A DNA stretch of 64,000 nucleotides from Pseudomonadota bacterium (lineage in GTDB: Bacteria > Myxococcota_A > Bradymonadia > UBA4248), in contig JAFUEE010000163.1 in NCBI GenBank assembly GCA_017464085.1, positions 45 to 64,044 on the forward strand. Reading direction: 5' to 3'. This document shows, in pieces, positions 10,001-18,964 of the stretch. Positions within the stretch are counted from its first letter, which is position 1. Each line of letters starts with the position of its first letter. The position numbers and the translations under genes were made by a program. Under the pieces are notes generated by a model. That model was given only the letters and a program-made list of their open reading frames with translations. It did no database searches and had not been told where the DNA came from.

Positions 10001-10328
10001 AGGGGAGGGCTATTGCAAGAGCGGCTGCAGCAACCTCGATCACTCCAAGCATGTGATGAACCCGTTCAGCAATGTCGATATCAATTCGCTGACGAGCATC
10101 GTCAAGCCGAAGAACGACAACGACGTTTCCTACACGTCTGAGAAATTGTTCACGGGCTTCAAGGAATTCGGCACGAAGGGCTATGTGTATGGCTATCTCA
10201 AGCTTGACGGCGGCACGCACAAGCTTGTCGGCGAGAAACCGTTCGGCGTCATCGGCTATGGGTTTTATGCATACACGTCCTATGGCTATCCGATCGGCCT
10301 CGACCTGAGGGTCCTCAATACCAACTGA
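7077..10328 (+). CDS. Giant Cys-rich repeat lipoprotein, paralog B
   Basis: ATG at 7077 after an AGAGGAG RBS; signal peptide with lipobox AFYGC. About 12 HCGxCG-type Cys repeats. The C-terminal domain aligns block-for-block with paralog A and ends GYPIGLDLRVLNTN. Confidence 0.8.
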   Translation: MNVKKQARAAAIFLASALAFYGCSDSSGSASGGGSGDACDKGTKCGDVCCEGACEGDVCIDTSADRENCGEVGHACESGEKCESGECQPEKVTCGTDEMTCDGVCVNVKNDINHCGGCGQACEDSEVCANGQCSTSCPEGYAPLSTGGCADMKTDSDHCGAENNRCETNSFCEDGRCACTDGWYDCDNVKSNGCESNRTCNFACAEGLKTCGEHLCCPEAETCCGEGCCAVGTTCCGGDTCYDLQNDAEHCGGCDIGCRASEICVEGACVENTTPCETENEIACWGKCTAIQSDVNNCGDCGNVCREGWSCDEGICTLHCEDPKTLCGDACYDLSNDFLHCGSCETVCGPSQVCQDSACVEISTVMPDLACDQESGESLCWGSCYKLQEDREHCGACDNRCNEDQDCTEGSCVDRIPPNPYGCENQEILCYGKCTDVFSDDKNCGACLNACGANEKCSQGICEIQCGELTRCGSKCVDIQSDAKFCGSCETACADGQVCTEGGCACAPGRYECDNVAENGCESTEACNCVPGSKQACWPGSPENRHKGICKDGEQVCDASGQFWGPCVGGVLPSKVTCSDDGVLNGLDNDCDGKVDDVCYTTCDNIAGENSYIGCEYWPVYLENYSPSTKNHGIVISNPSETRTATVKIFNQAGQNAKPPKPLHTLSVKPGGLASLVLSEGTTNMVMNTGIQAKAYVVRTNTPITVYQFNPWGKASVCSNDASLLLPRNVLGKKYRGMTWQSEKSSLQSYLTVVAVEPGKTAVSFDTRSTIVAGTGVAQLVANAIGKYVLNQFEVLNMLSTTNSEQTGSYIEADRKIAVYGGSQCSFIPNNIYACDHLEEQLFPIQAWGKSYFAVRSVALGDKGDFWRILAHEDNTQVTLPAKLGGTITLKAGQYKELVTTDSFEIDANKPILVGQFFPGLDYHTSNPKHEGDPAFILDVPYEQYRSEYAFMIPDSYRDNYVTIISPKDNVIHYTGEGYCKSGCSNLDHSKHVMNPFSNVDINSLTSIVKPKNDNDVSYTSEKLFTGFKEFGTKGYVYGYLKLDGGTHKLVGEKPFGVIGYGFYAYTSYGYPIGLDLRVLNTN

Positions 10329-10351
10329 TCCTTTGTGGTTTGTGTGGGTGC

Positions 10352-10417
10352 TGCTATCGGCCTTGGCCGATACGCAGCGCAAGGAAGCCGGCTATCTTGC
10401 GATACGCCGGCTTTTTT
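10352..10417 (+). terminator. Two tandem REP-like palindromes; the second ends in T6 (terminator after paralog B)
   Basis: GCTATCGGCC-tt-GGCCGATACGC (about 10352-10380) and GCCGGCTATC-ttgc-GATACGCCGGC (10387-10411), followed by TTTTTT (10412-10417). Confidence 0.6.
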
Positions 10418-10508
10418 ATTGTCCCCGTCGCCCTTGGTTTTCACACAGACGTTGAACACAGCCATAATCAAGGGGGGCATCTGACTCATTGCGTCAACAT
10501 TTGCGTGA

Positions 10509-10608
10509 TTTTTCCGTTTGCAGAAAATGGCCAAAGTGGGCTTACGGAATTTTTCCGTTTGCAGAAAATGGCCAAAGTGGGCTTACGGAATTTTTCCGTT
10601 TGCAGAAG
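10509..10608. repeat. 41-bp direct repeat, about 2.4 copies, each unit containing an inverted repeat TTCCGT...ACGGAA
   Basis: The unit TTTTTCCGTTTGCAGAAAATGGCCAAAGTGGGCTTACGGAA starts at 10509, 10550 and 10591 (the third copy is truncated). It is intergenic, about 200 bp upstream of the first YGPP gene. Confidence 0.8.
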
Positions 10609-10821
10609 GCTCTGTTCTGCATGCGTGGATATGAATTGAGTGCTTTTCGAATCCGTGATGTGTTATCATGCATGCGTGAGAAAGATGGGGAGGTGTAAGC
10701 GCGTGTAAAAAATCTGTGTAAACGGTCATCAGGCTTTTCTGGCATGGTTTTCTGGCCGAAGGTATTTCATCAGAGCCGATGATATGAGCTGCCGGATGAT
10801 GGGCAGCAAGCGGAGGGAGAG

Positions 10822-11247
10822 ATGAAGCGAATAACGCGAGTGATCAGCATGATCAGCGGTGCGGTTGCGTCGCTGTTCACTGTGGGATGTATGAAGCCTG
10901 CCGGGGATGTGTACGGTCCGCCCGACAGTTTCGACAGGTATCGTGAGACGGCCGAGAGCGATCAGGAGGCGCCAGGGGCGGAAGGCGAAGGAAAACTTGA
11001 CCGCGAGCCTGCGCCGGAATTTCCCCAGAGCGAGGAGGAGCCCAAGAAGATTTATGGGCCACCGGAGATGCTGGAGGTCATGCCGGAGCCGCAGGTCATG
11101 CCGGATGCGCCTGACAAGCAGGCGTCTGACAGTCAGGAGGCTGAGGATGAAAAGGCTCAGAAGAGGGACTTTGAGACGCTTAAAGAGATTAATAAGTATC
11201 GCAGGGAAGGCAAGAAGGTCTATGGCCCGCCGCCTGCTCGTAAATAA
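10822..11247 (+). CDS. YGPP-motif acidic lipoprotein 1
   Basis: Signal peptide MKRITRVISMISGAVASLFTVGC (lipobox). Contains VYGPPDSF, IYGPPEML and VYGPPPA motifs and a low-complexity acidic linker. Confidence 0.6.
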   Translation: MKRITRVISMISGAVASLFTVGCMKPAGDVYGPPDSFDRYRETAESDQEAPGAEGEGKLDREPAPEFPQSEEEPKKIYGPPEMLEVMPEPQVMPDAPDKQASDSQEAEDEKAQKRDFETLKEINKYRREGKKVYGPPPARK

Positions 11248-11298
11248 ATAATGATATCAGGAATGTCCTGATGACGATCTGTCGAAGGAGAGTGCGAC

Positions 11299-11778
11299 AT
11301 GAAACGGATCACGCGCGTGATCGGTATGATCACTGGGGCGATTTCTTCATTGTTTGTCATAGGGTGTGACAGGCCTGGGGGGAAGATTTATGGTCCGCCC
11401 GATATGCTGGACGAATATCAGAGAACTGGGGAGATCAAATCGGATGCACTGGATCGTGCGTCTGATGTGTCCGACAAGCCTGAAATCGAAGCGCCTCCGT
11501 CGGCGATCTATGGTCCGCCAGAGATGCTGGATGGCGGCTTGGAAAATGCGGATATTCCAGAGTCTGAGGGCGTGCCTGCCGATATCTATGGCCCGCCTGA
11601 GATGTTCGAGGCGCCCGTGGTGGAAACGGAGCCTTCCGGAGCTTCGATGGCTGCGCAAAATAAGGATGAATCCGAGGATGATGCGGATAAAAAGGTTCGA
11701 GACAAGGACTTTGAGACGCTCAAGAAAGTCAATCACAAGCAGGCAAAGAAAACAATCTATGGTCCGCCTAAGCGGTGA
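11299..11778 (+). CDS. YGPP-motif acidic lipoprotein 2 (paralog of the preceding gene)
   Basis: Near-identical signal peptide MKRITRVIGMITGAISSLFVIGC. Four (I/V)YGPP(D/E)ML motifs and a conserved C-terminal 'KDFETLKK' block shared with gene 1. Confidence 0.6.
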   Translation: MKRITRVIGMITGAISSLFVIGCDRPGGKIYGPPDMLDEYQRTGEIKSDALDRASDVSDKPEIEAPPSAIYGPPEMLDGGLENADIPESEGVPADIYGPPEMFEAPVVETEPSGASMAAQNKDESEDDADKKVRDKDFETLKKVNHKQAKKTIYGPPKR

Positions 11779-11960
11779 TGCTGCAGGGTTCATGCGGCCC
11801 ATGGGGCTGGGGGATTGGTACGAGGGCACCGAATATGGTGGCGCGGCGTATTGGCAATGCCAATAGCCGCGCCCGCGACACGTATGCGCCGCAGGCGCAT
11901 AGGGGCGCGTTAAAGACATGATACGGAACGTTTACTGACGCAGGGATATGAGGTGCAGTC

Positions 11961-12620
11961 ATGAAAGGGATAAAGTTTACATATTGCGGCGCAGATGGCG
12001 AAAAACATTCATTTTTATTTGACCGTTCAGTGACGGAAGCATGGATCGGGGCTGGTCCGGAATGCGCGATCTGCGTGTCGGGCAAGTCGGTTCTGGCGCG
12101 TCATGCGAGGCTGTTTTGGCGGAATGGTCATGTCTTTGCAGCCTGTGTGCCGGGATGCGACCGGACGCTTGCGCCCAAAGTCGATGGGATGAGGCTTGAT
12201 GAGGGCGGGGATGAAGTGTTTCTGTGCAGCGAGCTTGTGGTGGGGGACGTGGTGATTTTCGCGTGCGCGATGGAGGAGGGCTCGCAGGCGTCCGAGGCGG
12301 AAGCTCAGCCGCAGCCGGAGCCTCCATGCTGTATTTATGGCCCGCCGTCACGGCTTTCCTGCCCGAAGCCGACTGAAAGAGATGAGGAGGAGAATGCGCG
12401 CGTAATGAAGATGCTGCAGGAGATTCGGGATACGCCGATGGTGACTTATGGCCCGCCTCAGGCATTTGCTGACGCTTGGATAGGTCAGGGCATGAAGCCG
12501 GTGCCTGCGCAGGCGTCCGGGGATGAAGGGCGAGGCAAAAGATCCGGCAGACCCCGCAGAAGGCCTGCGCAGGCGTCCGGGGATGAAGGCGAAGGCCGGT
12601 CGGGAGACGGAAAGAAATAG
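11961..12620 (+). CDS. FHA-domain protein with YGPP motifs
   Basis: No signal peptide. The N-terminal FHA-like region ends in '...KVDGMRL', the same ending as the FHA domain at 21739. Then CCIYGPPSRL and MVTYGPPQAF, followed by a duplicated 'PAQASGDEG.G' block encoded by a 26-bp direct repeat. Confidence 0.5.
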   Translation: MKGIKFTYCGADGEKHSFLFDRSVTEAWIGAGPECAICVSGKSVLARHARLFWRNGHVFAACVPGCDRTLAPKVDGMRLDEGGDEVFLCSELVVGDVVIFACAMEEGSQASEAEAQPQPEPPCCIYGPPSRLSCPKPTERDEEENARVMKMLQEIRDTPMVTYGPPQAFADAWIGQGMKPVPAQASGDEGRGKRSGRPRRRPAQASGDEGEGRSGDGKK

Positions 12621-12662
12621 GCTTGCAGAGGCCGCGTTGCGGCTCCCTTTGGATGTTTGTGC

Positions 12663-12760
12663 CGGCAGTCCGTCAGACTGCCGATGAAAAAAATGCATTC
12701 AGCGGCTTGTCATTGGAAAGGATGTGCATACTCTGGGAAGCCGTTTGACGGAGGCAGCCG
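12663..12760 (+). promoter_or_regulatory. groES leader with two perfect hairpins; no CIRCE element
   Basis: CGGCAGTC-cgtca-GACTGCCG (12663-12683) and GGAGGCA-gccgaa-TGCCTCC (12741-12760) lie just upstream of the groES RBS (AAGGAGAA, 12785-12792). I could not find a TTAGCACTC-N9-GAGTGCTAA (CIRCE) match. Confidence 0.4.
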
Positions 12761-12800
12761 AATGCCTCCGCATTTTCATTCATCAAGGAGAATAAGCATT

Positions 12801-13088
12801 ATGTTGAAACCATTGAACGACCATATTGTTGTGCAGCGACTTGAGCAGGAATCCGTGAGCAAGGGCGGGATCATCATTCCTGACACGGCGAAAGAAAAAC
12901 CCGCGAAGGGCGTTGTGATGGCAGTGGGTTCTGGCAAGCGCGCAAAAGACGGTTCGCGCATCGCGATGGATGTCAAGGCCGGTGATGTCGTTCTGTTTGG
13001 CAAATATTCAGGGTCCGAAGTGAAGCTTAACGGCAAGGAATATATGATCCTGCGCGAGGATGATGTGCTTGCGGTTGTCGAAGAATAA
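12801..13088 (+). CDS. groES: Co-chaperonin GroES
   Basis: 95 aa, MLKPLNDHIVVQRLEQE...GDVVLFGKYSG...; ATG at 12801 follows an AAGGAGAA RBS. Confidence 0.95.
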   Translation: MLKPLNDHIVVQRLEQESVSKGGIIIPDTAKEKPAKGVVMAVGSGKRAKDGSRIAMDVKAGDVVLFGKYSGSEVKLNGKEYMILREDDVLAVVEE

Positions 13089-14759
<1,671 letters not shown>

Positions 14760-14782
14760 TCCTGAAACATCTCGCTTCAGTT

Positions 14783-14856
14783 GCCGCGCTATCGGCCGTT
14801 TGCCGATACGCGCGGCGTGAATGCCGCTATTCCTTCTGAATACGCGGCATTTTTTT
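14783..14856 (+). terminator. Two REP-like palindromes after groEL; the second ends in T7
   Basis: GCCGCGCTATCGGCCG-ttt-GCCGATACGCGCGGC (14783-14816) and GCCGCTATTCC-ttctg-AATACGCGGC (14823-14848), followed by T-run 14850-14856. Confidence 0.65.
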
Positions 14857-15132
14857 GGCTTTGTTCAACGGCTGAGGATATGGCAAATCGATGGCATCCT
14901 TTCTGGGGGGTGGCCTGGGGGCGATTGCAAATGCAAACTGCTCGTATGACACGCAGCATTTCAGCCCACGCAGATGGAACCTGGCTTTTTTCCGTTTTCC
15001 AGAAGCCAGATCTCGCCTCTTTATTGAACACGCTCGACGCGATATAATAAGCAGCGGGGAGATTGTGGCTTTTTATGGATATGAGGCCGGGATGTATGAA
15101 ACAGTTAAGTTCTGTGCATCGGTTCGGCGCAT

Positions 15133-15393
15133 TTGGGGATTTGGAAAATGAAGACCGGCTACTCACTGTATCGGACATTTGACACAGCGACGGACAAGGA
15201 ATTCCGGCATTTGAGGACACAGGGCGTGCGCGGGGATATCCGCTATGTTTCAGATTGTGCAGTCGCCTATCTGAAATATGCGGCTGAGGGGACGTATCGC
15301 GTGGCGGAGCTGTATCTGAGCGACGGGAAGTTCAGGTATGCGATCAGCGGCAAGAGCGGATCGGCGCAGTTCTGCGAGCGTCCCGAAAGATAG
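15133..15393 (+). CDS. Hypothetical small protein
   Basis: 86-aa ORF with no recognisable motifs. It lies in an otherwise unassigned region and coding status is uncertain. Confidence 0.2.
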   Translation: MGIWKMKTGYSLYRTFDTATDKEFRHLRTQGVRGDIRYVSDCAVAYLKYAAEGTYRVAELYLSDGKFRYAISGKSGSAQFCERPER

Positions 15394-15410
15394 ACGAGCG
15401 CCACATATAG

Positions 15411-15502
15411 CGCGCCATGAATCCCGATGTAACGCGACGTATACCGCATGTATAGACGCGCCATGAATCCCGATGTAACGCGACGTATGCCGCATGCGTA
15501 GG
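15411..15502. repeat. 46-bp tandem direct repeat, 2 copies
   Basis: CGCGCCATGAATCCCGATGTAACGCGACGTAT(A/G)CCGCATG appears twice (15411-15455 and 15457-15502), 3' of the Cys-rich lipoprotein gene. Confidence 0.8.
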
Positions 15503-15531
15503 CGCGCCCCCATACATGATATGCGTGGATA

Positions 15532-16233
15532 TTAAAGTTCCTGGCAGGTGCAGAGCCCGTCGGTGCAGATGGCCAGTGCGCCTGGTTTGAATTTGTCGCA
15601 GATTTTGCTGCATCTGGCGGCTGCGTCGTCGCCGGTGCATGCGAGCGTTTCGCGGCTGAGGCACTGGCACTTGTCGTTCTGGCAGACGGACATGACGGCG
15701 CCGATGGCCTGGCATGAGACTTCGCAGTCTGCGTCGGACTTGCAGTCGTTCGACTGGCATTCGCATGTGTTATTTTGGCAGATTGCAGTCGAGTTTGGCC
15801 GATAGATGTCGCAGATTGCGGCGCAGGCGGAGGAGATGCCTGAGCCTTCGCAGGAGAGTTCGGATGCCTGAATGCAGCTGCAGATGCCGTCGTTGCAAGC
15901 GGTCATGGCAGCATCCGGGCATTTGGCATCGCAGTCGGTATTTGCTGAACACTCGCGTGCCTGGCATTCGCAATAGCCTTCTGCGCAGACGCCCTTTGTT
16001 TCGGGCTGGTATGTGGCGCAGATCGTGTCGCATTTGTCTTCTGCGGTGCCGGTGCATGCGAGCGCGTCTTTCGAGATGCATTTGCAGGCATTGTCCTGGC
16101 AGTCGAACATGATGGTATTGAGATCGTAAGCGCGGCAGAAGACCTCGCAGTCTGCTTTGGCTTTGCAGAGGCTGTTGTCGTCACAGGCGGTCAGGAGAAG
16201 AAGGGGGATGAGGGGCAGCAGAAGTTTTTTCAT
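15532..16233 (-). CDS. Secreted Cys-rich lipoprotein with four roughly 57-aa modules
   Basis: Signal peptide MKKLLLPLIPLLLLTAC (lipobox). Four repeats of the pattern C-x-A/S-x-DC-EV/x-C-x...-C-x-N/D-x-C-x-C, about 35 Cys in 233 aa. Confidence 0.7.
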   Translation of the reverse strand: MKKLLLPLIPLLLLTACDDNSLCKAKADCEVFCRAYDLNTIMFDCQDNACKCISKDALACTGTAEDKCDTICATYQPETKGVCAEGYCECQARECSANTDCDAKCPDAAMTACNDGICSCIQASELSCEGSGISSACAAICDIYRPNSTAICQNNTCECQSNDCKSDADCEVSCQAIGAVMSVCQNDKCQCLSRETLACTGDDAAARCSKICDKFKPGALAICTDGLCTCQEL

Positions 16234-16259
16234 GTGAGATCAAGTGCTATGGCTGGCAG

Positions 16260-17864
16260 TCATTTGTAGAGAACAGATTCGATATCGTTCCAGTCGGTTC
16301 TGGGCTTATCGAGCAGATGTGCGGCGATATTCTGGATATGCGACTGGATCTGGTGGCAGTTGTCGCGGATGAGTTCGTTGAGGATGTTATTTTGGTGATC
16401 GAGCTCGCTTTGGAACGCGGATCTGAGGGATTCGGCATGAATGCTGATGTCTTTTTCCGCGAGTTTTCTGAGCATTTCCCGGCGCGGTCGTTCGGCGCGT
16501 CCGGAGAGCAGGATGGGGACCGGGGTGAAGAACATGGCGACATTCTCGGCGGTGTCGAAAGCGCCGGTGCGCGTCGGGGTGTTCAGGAGATTGCAGATTT
16601 TCTGGAGATGGAACTCAAATCGGGGAAGCGCGTCGGTATCTGGGATAAAGTCATTCCAGAGCTTGTGCATCAGGTCATCGAGGCTATCGAGGATGATGTG
16701 ATAAGTATTTCTGGCAAATTCGAGGCAGGAATCCCGGATGAAGTCTTCGAGGTATTTTTCGACATCTTCGAGGAAGACCTTGTTGATCTCCCGGGGAATT
16801 GCTTTGAGGAACGCCTGTTCGAAACGGTCGGTATCATCGGTGACGAGCTGTTTGAGGTGAGCGATGTGCTGTGAGATGCGGTGGAGGATATCCGCGATGA
16901 CAAGCGGTGTCATCTGTCGCTCGGGTGTCTGGTCGAGTTTTTTGAGCGCGCGCAATGCGGGGACGTCGAGCTGTTCAAGCGCACGGTAAATGGGGTAGAA
17001 GCCTTCGAGCGTGTTGGAGAGCTGGCTGCCGAGTTTTTCAGAATTTCTGGCTTCGTAAGACTGTTTTCCGGCCTCGATCTCGTCGTGTATGCGCTTGCGC
17101 AGGAGCGCCCAGTCGCCTGATTTTTTCTTGGAGGAAATCATGTAAAACGGCTCGTTTGCGACGGGAAAGTCGAGGCATGTTTCGATGTAGTGGCAGACTT
17201 CGAGGGTTTCTTCTTCGTCGAGCCTGTCGCATTTGTTGATGACGATTGCGCGAGCATGCGGCGGCTGATCGAGGGAGAGCTTCGAGAGGAGATTCTGTTC
17301 CGTGTGCGTCAAGGCCTGGTTGGCGTCGAGCAGGAAGAGGAGCAGGTCGGCTCTTCGGATGTAGCGGTTGAGGAAGCTTTCCCTGACGAAGGATGCCTCG
17401 TTCAGGCCAGGCGTGTCGATGAACACGCATTCGCGGTCAAAGATGTCGAGATCGAGGTCGATGTCAATCCTGTCGGCGGATTTTTTGATCAGGATATCCG
17501 GGAGCTTGTTTCGTGAGGCTTTTTGCCAGTCATCCCAGCGCCACTGCGCGATCTGTTCATTCCCGGCGCTGGCGGTGACTGCTCGCCTGCCAGTGCCGAA
17601 GTGCAGATAGGTGTCGATCTGAGTGGTCGGCGTGACGCCGTAGGGGAGGATATTTTCCCCGACGAGCGCATTGATCAGCGAAGATTTTCCGTGATTGAAC
17701 TCTCCGAGGAAAATCACGAAAATCTCTTTTTTGCTGAGCGTCTGTTCGAAGCTGTTCCGCCATTGCGAAGCGAAACTCGCTAGGCCCATATTTTCAGCAG
17801 TCGCGAGCAGTTCTCTGATGTGTTCGGGCATCTGGATGTCAGCAGACATGTTGAATGGATCCAT
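16260..17864 (-). CDS. Dynamin-family / LeoA-like large GTPase
   Basis: G1 GEFNHGKSSL, G2 TPTTQ, G3 DTPGL and G4 NKCD motifs in the N-terminal half, followed by a roughly 300-aa helical region. Its 5' end overlaps the recF stop by about 26 nt. Confidence 0.6.
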   Translation of the reverse strand: MDPFNMSADIQMPEHIRELLATAENMGLASFASQWRNSFEQTLSKKEIFVIFLGEFNHGKSSLINALVGENILPYGVTPTTQIDTYLHFGTGRRAVTASAGNEQIAQWRWDDWQKASRNKLPDILIKKSADRIDIDLDLDIFDRECVFIDTPGLNEASFVRESFLNRYIRRADLLLFLLDANQALTHTEQNLLSKLSLDQPPHARAIVINKCDRLDEEETLEVCHYIETCLDFPVANEPFYMISSKKKSGDWALLRKRIHDEIEAGKQSYEARNSEKLGSQLSNTLEGFYPIYRALEQLDVPALRALKKLDQTPERQMTPLVIADILHRISQHIAHLKQLVTDDTDRFEQAFLKAIPREINKVFLEDVEKYLEDFIRDSCLEFARNTYHIILDSLDDLMHKLWNDFIPDTDALPRFEFHLQKICNLLNTPTRTGAFDTAENVAMFFTPVPILLSGRAERPRREMLRKLAEKDISIHAESLRSAFQSELDHQNNILNELIRDNCHQIQSHIQNIAAHLLDKPRTDWNDIESVLYK

Positions 17865-18963
17865 TATCGACGGAGAACATCCTGGCTACGCTGTCGACGT
17901 GCACATGTTCGCGTGAGGTTGTGGTCAGGAATGTCTGAGTTGTCAGTTGGTTGAGGTATTCAAAAAGCCGTTTGTGCCGTACCGGGTCGAGTTCGCTGGA
18001 GACATCGTCGAGCAGGAAGACCGGTTCGATATCTGCTTCGGCCTTGAGGCATGCGATTTCTGCCATTTTGATCGCGAGGCTCATGGCGCGCTGCTGTCCC
18101 TGGCTGGCATAGAGTTTTGCAGGTCGTCCGTTGAGTGCGATGGACCAGTCGTCGCGGTGAGGTCCTTCGATCATCTGCTGTCGCGCGAGCTCTCTTTCGC
18201 GAGCTTTTGACATCGCATTTCGGTAGGCGTCGAGCACCTGAGCGAGCGGTATTTCGTGTCCGGAGCCGAGCTGGATGTCGTCGCGCATGTTCGCGTTGTG
18301 ATAGACCGGGAGGCATTCCAGGCTCTGATCGAATATCGAGGCGAAGACATGCCGGATGTGCGGGGCGATCAGCCGCAGGTAATCGTACCGCGCTTCGATG
18401 AGCCTGCATCCGATTGGCAGGAGCTGCGCGTCATAGACATCGAGGAGGGAAAGATCGGGTGTTTCGCTGCGAAGGACAGCGGATTTCTGTTTCTGGATTT
18501 TCTGATATTGCTCGAGGTCGATGAGGTATGCGGGTCTGAGGTTGAACACCATCCGGTCGAGGGCGGTTCTGCGGAGCTGTGGCGGAGCCTGCAGGAAGGC
18601 GACATCCATGGGGACGAAGAGGATGGTCCTGAGGATGCCGAGATAATCGCGCGCGCGGGCGCATGGCATGCCGTCGACGAATGGCCTGCGAAGTTTTTGG
18701 TCGAGCTCGAGCCCGAGCCTGACAGTGGCATGATTGTTCTGGACGACGGCCGCGAGCTGTGCCTTCTGTGCATCGAATTCGATGAGGTCGCAGAGCCTGT
18801 CGGCTCGGAATCCTTTGAGAAACGCGAGCGTGTAAATCGCCTCGAGCAGATTGCTTTTTCCCTGTGCATTTGCGCCATAGAAGACATTGAAGCCTTCGGA
18901 GAACTCCAGGCTGATCTGCGAGAGGTTGCGGAAGTGCAGGATATCGAGCGAAGCGAGGTGCAT
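17839..18963 (-). CDS. recF: DNA replication and repair protein RecF
   Basis: LDILHFRNLSQISLEF...FYGANAQGKSNLLEAIY Walker A and overall RecF layout. I chose the start at Met 18963, which has a GGAGGT RBS; the ORF itself extends to 18987. Confidence 0.88.
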   Translation of the reverse strand: MHLASLDILHFRNLSQISLEFSEGFNVFYGANAQGKSNLLEAIYTLAFLKGFRADRLCDLIEFDAQKAQLAAVVQNNHATVRLGLELDQKLRRPFVDGMPCARARDYLGILRTILFVPMDVAFLQAPPQLRRTALDRMVFNLRPAYLIDLEQYQKIQKQKSAVLRSETPDLSLLDVYDAQLLPIGCRLIEARYDYLRLIAPHIRHVFASIFDQSLECLPVYHNANMRDDIQLGSGHEIPLAQVLDAYRNAMSKARERELARQQMIEGPHRDDWSIALNGRPAKLYASQGQQRAMSLAIKMAEIACLKAEADIEPVFLLDDVSSELDPVRHKRLFEYLNQLTTQTFLTTTSREHVHVDSVARMFSVDNGSIQHVC

Positions 18964-18964
18964 A

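Noticed and set aside
10509-10608. Possible CRISPR array (41-bp direct repeats)
   Set aside because: Only about 2.4 contiguous copies with no intervening unique spacers, and no cas genes nearby. This is a simple tandem repeat.
12621-12800. CIRCE (HrcA operator) upstream of groES
   Set aside because: No TTAGCACTC-N9-GAGTGCTAA-like inverted repeat is present. Only the unrelated hairpins were found (reported as a finding instead).
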